DNA of 62,510 nucleotides, the filler included, from an uncultured Thermoplasmatales archaeon (GTDB lineage Archaea > Thermoplasmatota > E2 > DHVEG-1), in NCBI GenBank assembly GCA_964517155.1. It is 5 parts of 5 records of this genome, joined end to end, with 100 filler letters (N's around TTAATTAATTAA, not from the genome) between each part and the next. Parts side by side here need not be neighbours in the genome. Positions count along the whole stretch, not along the records: positions 1 to 11,091 come from CAZFAZ010000049.1; 4 more parts are not named here. One strand, written 5' to 3'. This document shows, piece by piece, positions 1 through 10,844 of this stretch (positions are counted from its first letter, which is position 1; the number at the start of each line of letters is the position of its first letter). The notes beneath the pieces are model-generated. The model did not search any database. It was not told the DNA's origin and saw nothing but the letters and a program-made list of their open reading frames with translations. The translations under genes and the position numbers were made by a program.

Positions 1-2
1 TA

Positions 3-896
3 GAGGGCACTGCAAAAACAGCGGCTCGTTTTGGTATTTCAGCGCTTATAATCTCAGTTTTACTTGTAGGATTTGGAACAAGTGCGCCAGAGTTTGCAAT
101 TTCTGTTGGTGCGGCTGCTCAAGGTCAGCAGGATATATCACTGGGTAATATAATTGGTTCATGTATTGCAAATCTTTTACTCGTGCTAGGTATAAGTGCC
201 ATTATACAACCAATAAAAATTAAAAAAGGCATAATACGTCGTGAAGTACCAATAATGGTTGGAGCAACATTTGTTTTGCTGTTTGCATCTATTACAGGTT
301 TACTTGATCAATATCATATTTTTGGCGGAATATTATTTCTTGTTCTTTTCATAGTTTTTGTATGGTTTTTTATAAAATGTGCAAAAAAAGAGCGTTTTTC
401 TGAAAAATCAAAATATGAAGATGTTGATAAGACAAGAAAGAATCTTTTGTTTATCGTTTTAGGTATTGCAGGTGTTGTGTTTGGTGCTTGGTTCTTAATA
501 GAATCTGCTATAACAATTGCATATATTTTTAATATTAGCCCATTTATAATTGCTCTTTCAATGGTTGCAGTAGGCACTAGTCTGCCTGAACTAGTTGTTT
601 CTGCAACTGCTTCTTATAAAGGCGAATCAGATATAACAGTAGGTAATGTTCTTGGTTCAAATGTTTTTAATATTCTTTTTATAATTGGGGTATCAGCACT
701 TTTTATATCACTTGGTGCTTTTAAATCAATAGATGATATAATATTTCTCATAATTATTAATCTTATACTGATTCCAATTCTTTGCGGTGGTCATACTATC
801 TCTTACAAAGAAGGAGTTTTTTTGATAGGGTTATATGTTTTTTATATTTGGTATATTTTCCAGGGTAGTTTTATAATTCCCACGCTTTTTAGCTGA
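3..896 (+). CDS. Calcium/sodium antiporter (CaCA family), 5'-truncated by window edge
   Basis: Frame open from position 3 (EGTAKTAARFGIS...GFGTSAPE...GNIIGS). Second alpha-repeat GTSLPE...GNVLGSN; multiple TM helices. Confidence 0.92.
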   Translation, partial: EGTAKTAARFGISALIISVLLVGFGTSAPEFAISVGAAAQGQQDISLGNIIGSCIANLLLVLGISAIIQPIKIKKGIIRREVPIMVGATFVLLFASITGLLDQYHIFGGILFLVLFIVFVWFFIKCAKKERFSEKSKYEDVDKTRKNLLFIVLGIAGVVFGAWFLIESAITIAYIFNISPFIIALSMVAVGTSLPELVVSATASYKGESDITVGNVLGSNVFNILFIIGVSALFISLGAFKSIDDIIFLIIINLILIPILCGGHTISYKEGVFLIGLYVFYIWYIFQGSFIIPTLFS

Positions 897-944
897 TAAA
901 TCAAACAATTGTTAAATACCTTAAACTTATTTTCTGGTTCTATT

Positions 945-1889
945 ATGGATAAAGAAAAAAATGATTTTAAAAATGATATCTTGCCTGTTTTTTTAATGGG
1001 TCTTTTATTTATAATCATATATGGCCTTGTATTATTCTTAACAGAGCCTTTTATAACAGAAGGCGGTATACAACAAGCCTTTGAAGATATAAATGACCCT
1101 GTAAACATCTTAATGATAGTTGCAATAATGCTTGTAATAACTGTCACAATTCTTCTTATTGCCAAATACTGGAAAGATAAAATTATACAGATAATCATTC
1201 TTTTTGCAGTGGGTTATACTTCTTTTTATGCTTTCTTTTTACCTGTGCTAAGCATCCTTTTACCAGATTATCCAACTATAGTTTTGATTTCTTCGATACT
1301 ACTTGCAGTATTACTTATAGCTGCATTATACAAGTATCCTGAATGGTATGTTATAGACATATCAGGAATAATAATAGGGGTAGGTGCAATAATTATCTTT
1401 GGAATATCGCTGGGGATTCTACTAGTTTTGATATTATTAATCGCTCTTGCAATATATGATGCAATTTCTGTCTATAAAACCAAACATATGATAGATTTAG
1501 CAGATACAGTTATGGATTTAAAACTCCCAGTTTTACTAGTGATTCCTAAAACAAGGGGCTATTCACTTTTAAAAGAAACAAAAAGATTAAAAGAAAAACT
1601 TAAAGAAGGCGAAGAAAGAGATGCATTTTTTATGGGCCTTGGCGATATTGTAATGCCAGGGATTCTTGTTGCAGCAGTTTATCATCAGATACCTGCGCCT
1701 GAAGGATTTTTAATAGCAATCAGCACAATTTTAGGAATACTTGTAGGTTTTTCAGTTCTTATGACATTTGTCTTAAAAGGAAAACCACAAGCAGGACTAC
1801 CTTGTTTATGTGGTGGAGCAATAGCAGGTTATGTTATCTCTAGTTTAATTTTATTTGGTGAGCTTAAAGGGTTAGTTTTTATTTTTTAA
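945..1889 (+). CDS. Presenilin/SPP-like intramembrane aspartyl protease (A22, archaeal PSH)
   Basis: YD (AIYDAISV), GLGD and PAL-like QAGLP motifs; about 9 TM helices. ATG at 945 preferred over TTG at 909. Confidence 0.9.
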   Translation: MDKEKNDFKNDILPVFLMGLLFIIIYGLVLFLTEPFITEGGIQQAFEDINDPVNILMIVAIMLVITVTILLIAKYWKDKIIQIIILFAVGYTSFYAFFLPVLSILLPDYPTIVLISSILLAVLLIAALYKYPEWYVIDISGIIIGVGAIIIFGISLGILLVLILLIALAIYDAISVYKTKHMIDLADTVMDLKLPVLLVIPKTRGYSLLKETKRLKEKLKEGEERDAFFMGLGDIVMPGILVAAVYHQIPAPEGFLIAISTILGILVGFSVLMTFVLKGKPQAGLPCLCGGAIAGYVISSLILFGELKGLVFIF

Positions 1890-2863
1890 TAACTTTCCTT
1901 AAAACCACAATTTTCACACCAAATCTTTCTATCAAAATGATTTAGTTTATTTGCACATTTTGGGCAGTTTGCTTTTTCAAAAAAATGTTCAAGCCATATC
2001 TCTCTAACCTGAAGAACAGTTTCATTTTTAATTTTTATAAGCATATCTTTTAATTCTGGTGTATTTGCAAATTGTTCTAATTTTGAAAAATCAATTTCAC
2101 GGTTTTTTTGAGGTGCAAAAGAATCATAATACAAGGTTTTTCCTTCTTTTGTATGGCTTTTACGTCCCTTAAGTAAAATTGCGGCTAATACAAAACCTCC
2201 GATGAGTCCGCCAAGATGAGCAAAATGTGCAGTTTGATCTTGTACATCTAAAAAGACAATAACTGTTTCAAAAACTGCAAAAAGTAACACAGCATACATT
2301 ACTTTAATGCGACGTAAAACCATGAAAAAACCAAGGGGTATTGGCATTAACACTTCATCACGCGGGTAAGCAAACACAAGAGCACCCATAATGCCAAAAA
2401 TTGCACCAGAAGCACCTAATAAAGGAATTTCTGAACCAAGATCTGTAAATGAATGTGCTAGCGCACCACAAACACCTGATAAAAGATAAATAATTATGAA
2501 TTTTTTACTGCCTATTCTTTCTTCAAGTGCGGTTCCAATAAAGAAAAACACTAGCATGTTGCCGAGTATATGAGCAAATCCACCATGTATAAACATAGAT
2601 GTAAAAATTGTATACATTTGTGGAGAGTATTCTACAGTTAAATAAACGGATCTGAAGCTAAGACCTGCATAAGGAAAACCTGCACTAAAACCATATATTA
2701 TCTCATACTGAAATATCATTGTAATAATAAAAATTATAATATTTGAAAAAATCAAAGCATAAACAAGCATGATTTTTTTAGTATATGCAAAAATTAGAGC
2801 ACCTATTATTATACAGATGCACAATATTGCTGAAAAATGCTGTGGTAATAATATTAAGTCCAT
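1886..2863 (-). CDS. Rhomboid intramembrane serine protease with C-terminal zinc ribbon
   Basis: HxxxxHxxxN, GASG and AHFAHLGG motifs; C-terminal CPKC...CENC. Confidence 0.92.
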   Translation of the reverse strand: MDLILLPQHFSAILCICIIIGALIFAYTKKIMLVYALIFSNIIIFIITMIFQYEIIYGFSAGFPYAGLSFRSVYLTVEYSPQMYTIFTSMFIHGGFAHILGNMLVFFFIGTALEERIGSKKFIIIYLLSGVCGALAHSFTDLGSEIPLLGASGAIFGIMGALVFAYPRDEVLMPIPLGFFMVLRRIKVMYAVLLFAVFETVIVFLDVQDQTAHFAHLGGLIGGFVLAAILLKGRKSHTKEGKTLYYDSFAPQKNREIDFSKLEQFANTPELKDMLIKIKNETVLQVREIWLEHFFEKANCPKCANKLNHFDRKIWCENCGFKESY

Positions 2864-5800
2864 TTTCTTTTTCTCCAGTCTTGAGCAATTATAAGGAATG
2901 TAAAAGCATATATAACAATTATGTAAATCATGTTTTGATTATTAGTTTCTAATACAGGTGTCTCTGATTTAATGATAGTATTATCCTTTTTAAATGTCAC
3001 ATTTAACGTCCAGTCATATAAAAAAACATCTGCATAATATTTTGCAATATTTTCGCATTCAATAATTACTCCTGTTTCACGATTGTTCATAAATGAGTTA
3101 TCATTCCAGTTTATACTAGATATAAGAACCGATTTATTATCAATAATTGCTCCTTTGTTGTGCACATTTTTAAAAATAGACCAGTTTGTATAAATATATT
3201 TTATTTTGATTCCATGTGGTTCAAGTATACTTTTTGTGTTATCATTTTGTATATTTGTACTGTCATAAAAAGGATTATAATTAAGAATTATTCTGATATC
3301 AACTCCTTGTTCTGCTTTACTGATAAGTATTGGAATTATTGGACTTTCAGCATTAGTCCAATTTGGATAAATGTAGAGTTGTTGGATATAAATTGACTTG
3401 TTTGCTTGCAAAAGCAGATTTGTTATTTTGCCTAAGCTGTTATCAGGTGAGAGCACTGGCTGTATCTTTGCAGTTGTAGTAAATGAGGGTGACTGAGTAA
3501 GAATTGGTCTATATATCCCATAATAGGTTTCTTCTGGTAAAAGATAATTTTCTTTTTCAAAAATAGGATCAGAAGAAAAATAAAAAGTATCTTCTCGTTT
3601 TATATCCCAATCATCATAAAATACAGTTGCATAAAATTCTGCTACTGTTTTATTTTTTAGGGCAACGCCCCATTCTCTATTGCCAAAAGATACAACTGAA
3701 GGCACTCCTGTTGGTGCAAAATTTCCACTATGAACAATCACTGTTTCTTCATCAAGAACTACATATTTTGCATGAGTAAAACGGTATCTTTTATAGATGC
3801 GTTCAGCCTGATTTCCTCTCAAGAGGTGTATGTTTGCACCATGGTGATGTAATCTATGCAAGAGAAACTTTTGTTTTTCACTCATTCCACCAACTGGGCT
3901 TCCTTCCACTAACATATTAAGAGTTACGTTTCGTTGTAAGGCGTCTATAAGAATATTTGTAAGCTCAGTGCTTGTGAATTCATAAATTGAAAGAAGAATT
4001 TCTGAATTAGTATTTTGAATAAATTCAGAAATAACAGAAAAACTTGTATCTGGTGAAACAAAGGGTGTGATAGTTACATTTACATAATAAGCATTTGGTG
4101 AAAAAGAGGATTGTCCTATAAGATAGATATATGGTGAAATCCAGTCCTTGGCAGTATTTGAATCGATATATGTATTGTTTTCTTTTCGACGTTTCAATAT
4201 TTCGCCCTGAACGGTTGAAGGAATTGGTGGTCCACCCCAAGATTCAGATTCTAATAATGTATCGCCATATATAATAGAATCAATAGTGTGGTTGAACTTG
4301 TTTTTTAAGGCAATTGCCCCGCCAGTGTTGCTGATAAAAATAGTGCCGGTAGTATTCATCTTAGGAATCAAACTATTTGAGTCTGCGGCATATTCAAAAT
4401 TTGGCAATTTCATTTGCTGTTTTTGATAATCACTTGCATTTTGTGTAAATGTTATATATGAATTTGCAGCAATAAAAGTATTTTTTAAAAACGATATTTT
4501 CTTCTGTTTTGTAATTCTTGTATTGATAGTGTTTGTGATATACCAGTCATCTAAACAAATTGAAGTATTAGTTGGGTTAAAAAGTGTTATGAATTCATTG
4601 CGAATATTTGGATATGCATAATAATATAATTCAGTGATTAGTATTTGCTGTTCTTCTAAAGAAGGAGTAGTGTTTAAGATAGTTAATGTAATGCTATTTA
4701 CATTGTTGTATTCATCAAGTTCTTTTACGGTATCAAAGTAATCTGCGACAACATAAATAATGTGTTTTCCTGGTTCAACAAGATGAGTATCCAAATATAA
4801 TGATGGATATTTCTGATATTTATCTACATAATCATAGTTTATTGTTTCAAGTATTTTATCTGGTTCAATTTCATTAAAAAAATATGAAACAGTGGCATGA
4901 TTTGCCTTTTCAGTACCATTGTTTTTGAAGAACGCTTTAATGCGCACGACATGTCCTTCATAAATCGTATTTGTTTCAAGCCCGTTCATATCATAACTTT
5001 TGATTTGCGGAATGGTAAGGTCTGGTTCATGAATTTTGCATGAAAAAGTATAGATTTTTTGAAGTACTGGGTCGTTTTCTGAGGATACTTTAATAGTTAT
5101 TTTTCCATAATGCAGTTCAAATAACCGATGTGTTGTTGGAGTAATAAATACAGTTACTTCTTGTTCTTGGCCAGGTAAAAGAGTTATTTTTTCTTTTTCA
5201 AGTATTATATTAAACCCTTGTACTTTATCAGCAATTGAAAGAAGATATGTATCTGTGAGCGTGCCAGTGTTTTTTATAAGTATGCTACTTGAGAATTGTT
5301 TTCGGTTTTTCAGATCAAATAAGGACTTGTTTGTTTTTATATCAAAATAATAAATTCCATGAACAATAGAGATATTTTTTTCTTCTGAATTAAGAAAGCC
5401 AGAATTATTCATAGAATAAAGTGTATAGTTTGACCCAACTGGAGCAGATAGTTTATAATAACCATTGATTACTGCAGAAAAATCATCAATGTTGTTTGGT
5501 TTGCTAACATAGCAGCTGAGAAGAGCATCCGTTTCATTTTTTAGAAATAACATATGTTTTTCTTTTGTGTTTCCAATAAGATAACCGCCTAAACTTCCAT
5601 TGCTTGTTGAATTATCAAAATCTAACAAGTAAGCAGTGGTGAACTCATCTATTGTCAGGTCATAATCTTTTATTCTAACATTAATGCTGCATGTATAGTT
5701 GTGTTGAATATTTTGTTTGTATGCCTCATAATCTTTTGAGAACCGAAGATAAATCCATCCCTGCCAATTACCAGATTTATCTGTAGTTATATTATGAGTG

Positions 5801-6624
5801 TATCTATCTGAATATTGCCATTTTTCTCCAGCCCATGTTTGACTAGCAGGATATCTACTTGAGGAGATACTTGTTATATATGTTTTTAATTGAAATGACC
5901 TGTTTTCAGAAAAATTAGTAAGAGTTACGTTTATTGCAAAAGGGATACTGTATTGTTCATACTTGTTTATTTTTGGTAGGAATTCTTGAGCCGTTTGGAT
6001 TTGAATCGTTCCTGTTTTTGTGTATATGTTTGTTTGACCTAATGTTGGTATAGTTGTTTCTACAAAATCAAGAACCGAGTTATTTGAGCGTGTTGGGCTT
6101 ATACGAATGAAACTACTGCCTTTTGCTGGACTGGGAAGTGTTTCTCCTGGAATTATTGAGTAGTTTAAACCCCATTTTATACTGTCAGCAATGGTTCCAT
6201 TTTCGTTTATTAGAAGCAGATAATCATTTGTGTTTCCAAGACCATTACCTATAGTATTATCATCAACCATGAAATGGATGATTGATTCATTTTCTGGAAT
6301 TGTCAATTCAGTATCTTTGTCAGTTATGATAACAAAAGTGTGTGGTGGAATAACTGGAGGTATTGATAAGTTTGCTGGAGATATATAATCAGTTGCATAA
6401 TTATCAGTTATTTTCCAACCTGAGAGATTAATGCTTTTGTTTCCAAAGTTATACAGTTCTATCCATTCATGTGTTGCATCAGATTCGATAGGACTAGCCA
6501 TTACTTCGTTTATGAGAATAGAGGAAGCTGCTGTTAAAACGCTAATAAATACAAAAAAAGCCAATAATATTAAGATAAGAAAAAAAAGTGAATAAGATAC
6601 TTTTCTTTTGTTAGTGTGTTTCAA
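2854..6624 (-). CDS. Large secreted/membrane-anchored phospholipase D-family protein with two lamin-tail domains and an Ig-like/CARDB region
   Basis: Two HKD motifs (HAKYVVLD, HNKGAIID); LTD motifs INEVM...EWIELYN and ITELY...EFITLFN; CARDB-like VKELDEYNN; N-terminal signal/TM and C-terminal TM. Start moved to TTG 6624 because the longer ORF overlaps tRNA-Cys. Confidence 0.85.
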   Translation of the reverse strand: MKHTNKRKVSYSLFFLILILLAFFVFISVLTAASSILINEVMASPIESDATHEWIELYNFGNKSINLSGWKITDNYATDYISPANLSIPPVIPPHTFVIITDKDTELTIPENESIIHFMVDDNTIGNGLGNTNDYLLLINENGTIADSIKWGLNYSIIPGETLPSPAKGSSFIRISPTRSNNSVLDFVETTIPTLGQTNIYTKTGTIQIQTAQEFLPKINKYEQYSIPFAINVTLTNFSENRSFQLKTYITSISSSRYPASQTWAGEKWQYSDRYTHNITTDKSGNWQGWIYLRFSKDYEAYKQNIQHNYTCSINVRIKDYDLTIDEFTTAYLLDFDNSTSNGSLGGYLIGNTKEKHMLFLKNETDALLSCYVSKPNNIDDFSAVINGYYKLSAPVGSNYTLYSMNNSGFLNSEEKNISIVHGIYYFDIKTNKSLFDLKNRKQFSSSILIKNTGTLTDTYLLSIADKVQGFNIILEKEKITLLPGQEQEVTVFITPTTHRLFELHYGKITIKVSSENDPVLQKIYTFSCKIHEPDLTIPQIKSYDMNGLETNTIYEGHVVRIKAFFKNNGTEKANHATVSYFFNEIEPDKILETINYDYVDKYQKYPSLYLDTHLVEPGKHIIYVVADYFDTVKELDEYNNVNSITLTILNTTPSLEEQQILITELYYYAYPNIRNEFITLFNPTNTSICLDDWYITNTINTRITKQKKISFLKNTFIAANSYITFTQNASDYQKQQMKLPNFEYAADSNSLIPKMNTTGTIFISNTGGAIALKNKFNHTIDSIIYGDTLLESESWGGPPIPSTVQGEILKRRKENNTYIDSNTAKDWISPYIYLIGQSSFSPNAYYVNVTITPFVSPDTSFSVISEFIQNTNSEILLSIYEFTSTELTNILIDALQRNVTLNMLVEGSPVGGMSEKQKFLLHRLHHHGANIHLLRGNQAERIYKRYRFTHAKYVVLDEETVIVHSGNFAPTGVPSVVSFGNREWGVALKNKTVAEFYATVFYDDWDIKREDTFYFSSDPIFEKENYLLPEETYYGIYRPILTQSPSFTTTAKIQPVLSPDNSLGKITNLLLQANKSIYIQQLYIYPNWTNAESPIIPILISKAEQGVDIRIILNYNPFYDSTNIQNDNTKSILEPHGIKIKYIYTNWSIFKNVHNKGAIIDNKSVLISSINWNDNSFMNNRETGVIIECENIAKYYADVFLYDWTLNVTFKKDNTIIKSETPVLETNNQNMIYIIVIYAFTFLIIAQDWRKRKWT

Positions 6625-6661
6625 ACCAAAATTCTTATGATTTATCTCTGTTGAAAATGAA

Positions 6662-6732
6662 AGGGCGGAGAGGGATTTGAACCCTCGTATGCGGATCTGC
6701 AGTCCGCCACATAGCCACTTTGTTATCCGCCC
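6662..6732 (-). tRNA. tRNA-Cys(GCA), no intron, CCA not encoded
   Basis: Reverse complement GGGCGGA...GCGGA CT GCA GA TCCGC...GGTTCAAATCC...TCCGCCC-T forms a cloverleaf with U73 discriminator. Confidence 0.95.
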
Positions 6733-6879
6733 AAATGGGAATACCAAATATAAAAAAGGGTATAATAAAGGTTTTTGAAGGTTATTATTAGTAAACATAA
6801 CCTATTATTTATTTTATTTTAAGATAAAATATTTCTGCTATAAAATGTAACAAATTATTATCTTTTTGGTATTATGCTT

Positions 6880-8196
6880 TTACGTTCTTTCCAATATTTT
6901 TCTTGTCTCAATTTTATAATCTTCAACATTTGGCTGATCAAAAGGATTAACTTTTAGTAAAAAACCTAGATACATCATCTCAATCATCTTGAACTGTAAT
7001 AATTGCCCTATACAATACTCGGATTTATCTGGTAAAATTATTTCCATAAATGGTCTTTTTCCTTTTTTAAAAGCTGTTTGTACTCCTAATAAAATAGCAT
7101 CCATCAATTCTTTTAATCTTTTTCCTTGTATAACATCTACTAACTTTGAATATTCATCTACATTGGGTACAACTACATCTGAATTATTTTGTTTTACATT
7201 AACAAATGTGGTAAATTTATCGTAAGGTCCTCCAAGATATATTTGTGCCATTGAATGTAGATCAACAGAAACTAGTGAAACCGTAGGAGTAATACCTTCA
7301 AAAACTCTTTTTTTATTTGTGTTAAATTCTTTACCAATGCTTTCACCCATAAGTTGTCTATACCATTTTCCAACTGATTCTAAATCATTTCCAACTAAAA
7401 ATAAATCATGAATGTTTTTACCTTTTTTATAATGAAGATAAATTAGTGTAGCACTTACGACTGCCGGATTTTCAAGCATATTAGTATCTAAACATCTGTT
7501 TTTCATTTCAGATGCACCTTTTAAAAGTTTATCAATGTTTACTCCAAGTAATCCCAACGGAAATAAACTTACTGGAGAAAAAACAGAAAATCTCCCTCCA
7601 ACTTTTTTTGGTATCTCCAGAACATCAAAACCTTTTTCTAGTGCATAATTCCAGTATTTTGAGTTTTTATCAGATGTAACCACTACATATTTTGCATAAT
7701 CTTTTTTATATTTTTTAAGCATCTCAACTAATATCTCAAAATTAGCTATAGTTTCAGTGGTCCCTCCTGATTTACTTACTCCATTAATAATGATATTTTC
7801 TCCTTTTTTCAAAACTGGTTTGATAATTTTTAGTATATCATTTATCAAATCAGGATCAACAGTATCAGCATATAATACTTTTATATCTGGGTTCAATTGA
7901 TTATACATTTTTCCTAATACTGCTTCTTGTACTGCCATTGTTCCTAGATTACTTCCACCAATACCAATGACAACTAGATAACGTGGTTTTAGTTTCTTTT
8001 TTTTGTCAATAAGCATTTTAACTTTTTGCAATGTTTGTTTATCATCAGGTAGATTAATTGAGGCTCTATCATCTTCATATCGTAGATTAACTGCTTTGTT
8101 CATGCAATTTATTTCGTCTATTAATTCTTCTGTGGCGTTTACAAGTTCTTTAGATGAAATTAAGCTTTTATCGTGCAAAAAAACTATTGAATCCAT
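6880..8196 (-). CDS. pgi: Glucose-6-phosphate isomerase (PGI superfamily)
   Basis: GIGGSNLG, SKSGGTTET, VGGRFSV, QLMGESIGK, NPFDQPNVE motifs. Confidence 0.92.
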   Translation of the reverse strand: MDSIVFLHDKSLISSKELVNATEELIDEINCMNKAVNLRYEDDRASINLPDDKQTLQKVKMLIDKKKKLKPRYLVVIGIGGSNLGTMAVQEAVLGKMYNQLNPDIKVLYADTVDPDLINDILKIIKPVLKKGENIIINGVSKSGGTTETIANFEILVEMLKKYKKDYAKYVVVTSDKNSKYWNYALEKGFDVLEIPKKVGGRFSVFSPVSLFPLGLLGVNIDKLLKGASEMKNRCLDTNMLENPAVVSATLIYLHYKKGKNIHDLFLVGNDLESVGKWYRQLMGESIGKEFNTNKKRVFEGITPTVSLVSVDLHSMAQIYLGGPYDKFTTFVNVKQNNSDVVVPNVDEYSKLVDVIQGKRLKELMDAILLGVQTAFKKGKRPFMEIILPDKSEYCIGQLLQFKMIEMMYLGFLLKVNPFDQPNVEDYKIETRKILERT

Positions 8197-8494
8197 TTTA
8201 TTTTTTCACCTCAATTATCCAATTTCAAAAACAATAGTTGATTTATAACTGTATTTCTACGCAGAGATGCTACATAAATATAAATTATGTTAGAAATATT
8301 TGCTGTCAAGTTTTTTTAACCATCAATTTCGTCTTCCTTTGATTTATTTTTTTCCATGTATGATAAATCATTTTCTTTATTTTCTCGAAGGAAGTAATTT
8401 CGGGATAACACAAAATGTGATTTCTCAAAAAAAGTTTATAAACTATGAATGTATAAAAAATAATAAATTAAATAATAAAAGGTGGATAAAAAAT

Positions 8495-10483
8495 ATGAAA
8501 TTTAATAGACCAGCCGTTTTTTTATTAGTAGCTATTTTTTTAATAACAAATTGCATAAATGTTTTTGCTTTTCAAGCTCAAACACAAAAAAGCATTCTTT
8601 TTGAAAAAACAGAATATAATACAAAATCTATCCAGATAAATCTTAGTTTTTCCAAACCCGAAATAGTGCCTCATGGTAACTATTCTGTTGTTCGTGTAAA
8701 TGAGACAAATCATAATAGAATTATTTTATTTGATTATGATCCAGGTAAACCAGTTCTACCTGTAAATATAAGTGTTTTCAAATTACCTTTTGGTAGCAAA
8801 ATAATAAATGTTCATTATGAACATTCAATACCTCAAAAAATAAATCTTTCAGGCACACTTTCTTTTGGACGTGCTTCAATTGATACTCTATACGATTTTT
8901 CATCTAATTCAATTGATTTAAATATTTATCAAAGTGAGGAACCGTATCCTTCAAGCTGGGTTTCTTATCATACTGGAGGTGGTTTATCTTATGGTCAAAG
9001 AACTACATTTTTAGTGTTAAGAGCATATCCTGTGCGTTTTCTACCTGGTGATAATCAACTTGATTTTATTTGTAGCATCAATATATCTATAACTTATAAA
9101 GAGCCAAGCGAACCAATTATTCAACCACAATATAAACGTGATCTTCTTATTCTTGCACCTCAAAATTTTATAAAGCATCTGCAGCCTCTTGTTAACTTTA
9201 AAGAGGAGCAAAACATAAAAACAGAAATATACAGTTTACAAGAAGTATATAGTATTATTAGTAGTTCTCTAAATGGTCGAGATGAACAAGAGCAAATAAA
9301 ATATTTTATCAAAGAGTCAATTGAAAAATGGGATATAAAATATGTTTTGCTCGTTGGTGGTATAAAAGGACAGACAAATACTTGGAGTTTTCCGGTTCGT
9401 TACAGCTGCGTGGTACCACTTGAGGAACAAGAATATGCTGAGCAGTCATTCATAAGTGATTTATATTATGCAGATATCTTTGATGGCGAAGGCAAATTTT
9501 CTAGCTGGGATTCAAATTTTGATGATGTTTTTGCTGTTTGGAATGAAACTTTAAAAGATGATATGGATATGTATCCTGATGTGTATCTGGGCAGACTGTC
9601 CTGTAGAAACATCTTTGAAGTTAAAACAATGGTAAATAAAATCATAAATTATGAAAAAGAAGTATGTGATGAATCTTGGTTTGAAAATCTGCTTTTAGTC
9701 GGCGGTGACAGTTATATCAACACAGGTCAGTGGCCTGAAGATGTTATCATAAATGAAGGAGAACTTGCATGTGAGGCTGCAATTGAAGTAATGCCTGGTT
9801 TCAATCCTTTAAAGGTATATGCCTCTCAGGGGGATATAAACCGTGAAACAGTTAACGCTGCTTTTAATCAAGGTGCTGGTTTTGCATATTTCTGCGGGCA
9901 TGGTAATCCTATGCATTGGGGTACACATTTTGAGCCGGCAAATAGTACAAATTGGGTTACAGGTTATGAAATACAAGACATGATATTTTTGAAAAACAAG
10001 GAAAAACAGCCAATCACAGTTGTAGGTGGTTGTCACAATGGACAATTTGATGTAACAATGTGGAATATATTACTAGGTATACGTGAAGAAGGCTTGAAAT
10101 ATTTTAGTTGGAAACCAGGTCAAGCAGGTAGATTTTGGTACAGTGAATGGGTGCCAAATTCTTGGGCATGGTGGCTTACAAGTAAACCGAATGGCGGCGC
10201 AATTGCAACTATTGCAAATACTGGCCTTGGGACACATGGCGATGGCGATCAAGATAATAACGGTGTTGTAGATTATTTAGAGGTATTAGATGGCTGGTTA
10301 GAACTACGTTTCTTTGAGCTTTATGGTGTTGAAAACAGTGATATCTTGGGTTTGAATCACGGTCAAACACTTACAGAATATCTAAATCGATTCCTTGGTG
10401 ATGATGCTAAAATGGATGTTAAAATGGTACAACAATGGGAATTATTTGGTGATCCAAGTCTAAAAATAGGCGGGTATAATTAA
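8495..10483 (+). CDS. Secreted C25 (gingipain-like) cysteine peptidase with propeptide
   Basis: Signal peptide from ATG 8495; propeptide GKPVLP; YVLLVGG, SDLYYAD, DVYLGRL; catalytic GHG and GC; terminal LFGDPSL. Confidence 0.9.
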   Translation: MKFNRPAVFLLVAIFLITNCINVFAFQAQTQKSILFEKTEYNTKSIQINLSFSKPEIVPHGNYSVVRVNETNHNRIILFDYDPGKPVLPVNISVFKLPFGSKIINVHYEHSIPQKINLSGTLSFGRASIDTLYDFSSNSIDLNIYQSEEPYPSSWVSYHTGGGLSYGQRTTFLVLRAYPVRFLPGDNQLDFICSINISITYKEPSEPIIQPQYKRDLLILAPQNFIKHLQPLVNFKEEQNIKTEIYSLQEVYSIISSSLNGRDEQEQIKYFIKESIEKWDIKYVLLVGGIKGQTNTWSFPVRYSCVVPLEEQEYAEQSFISDLYYADIFDGEGKFSSWDSNFDDVFAVWNETLKDDMDMYPDVYLGRLSCRNIFEVKTMVNKIINYEKEVCDESWFENLLLVGGDSYINTGQWPEDVIINEGELACEAAIEVMPGFNPLKVYASQGDINRETVNAAFNQGAGFAYFCGHGNPMHWGTHFEPANSTNWVTGYEIQDMIFLKNKEKQPITVVGGCHNGQFDVTMWNILLGIREEGLKYFSWKPGQAGRFWYSEWVPNSWAWWLTSKPNGGAIATIANTGLGTHGDGDQDNNGVVDYLEVLDGWLELRFFELYGVENSDILGLNHGQTLTEYLNRFLGDDAKMDVKMVQQWELFGDPSLKIGGYN

Positions 10484-10521
10484 AAAAATAAAAAGAGAAA
10501 GAAGAAAAGAAATCTAATTCT

Positions 10522-10707
10522 TTACTTCTTTTTAAGATACGGAAGACCAGTTCTCTTGTTTACTCCAACATTATAATTTGCTGGTTTATCACAGGGTGAT
10601 CCACTCTTTGGTGTTCTCTTGCTAAAGAAGTAGATTTTCTGGTTTTTCCCGCCTTTAAGTTTTACATCTCTACAATATAATGTCCATCCTTCATGTGTAA
10701 AGGCCAT
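10522..10707 (-). CDS. Small basic conserved hypothetical protein (61 aa)
   Basis: SD GGAGGT upstream of ATG 10707; IYFFSK and NKRTGLPYLKKK; Lys/Arg-rich. Confidence 0.8.
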   Translation of the reverse strand: MAFTHEGWTLYCRDVKLKGGKNQKIYFFSKRTPKSGSPCDKPANYNVGVNKRTGLPYLKKK

Positions 10708-10844
10708 AATTTTTACCTCCATATGCTGAATACATATCTTGTGATTTAAATCTTTCCTTATTTTACTCCTATAAAAATAAAGAGTTATATAGTTAAACTT
10801 AAATAGAGGCCTTGGTTGCGCCTGTCAAATAAGGGTGAAAAAAA

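Noticed and set aside
6625..6798. N-terminal 58-aa extension of the PLD ORF
   Set aside because: It overlaps tRNA-Cys on the same strand; the signal peptide begins after TTG 6624.
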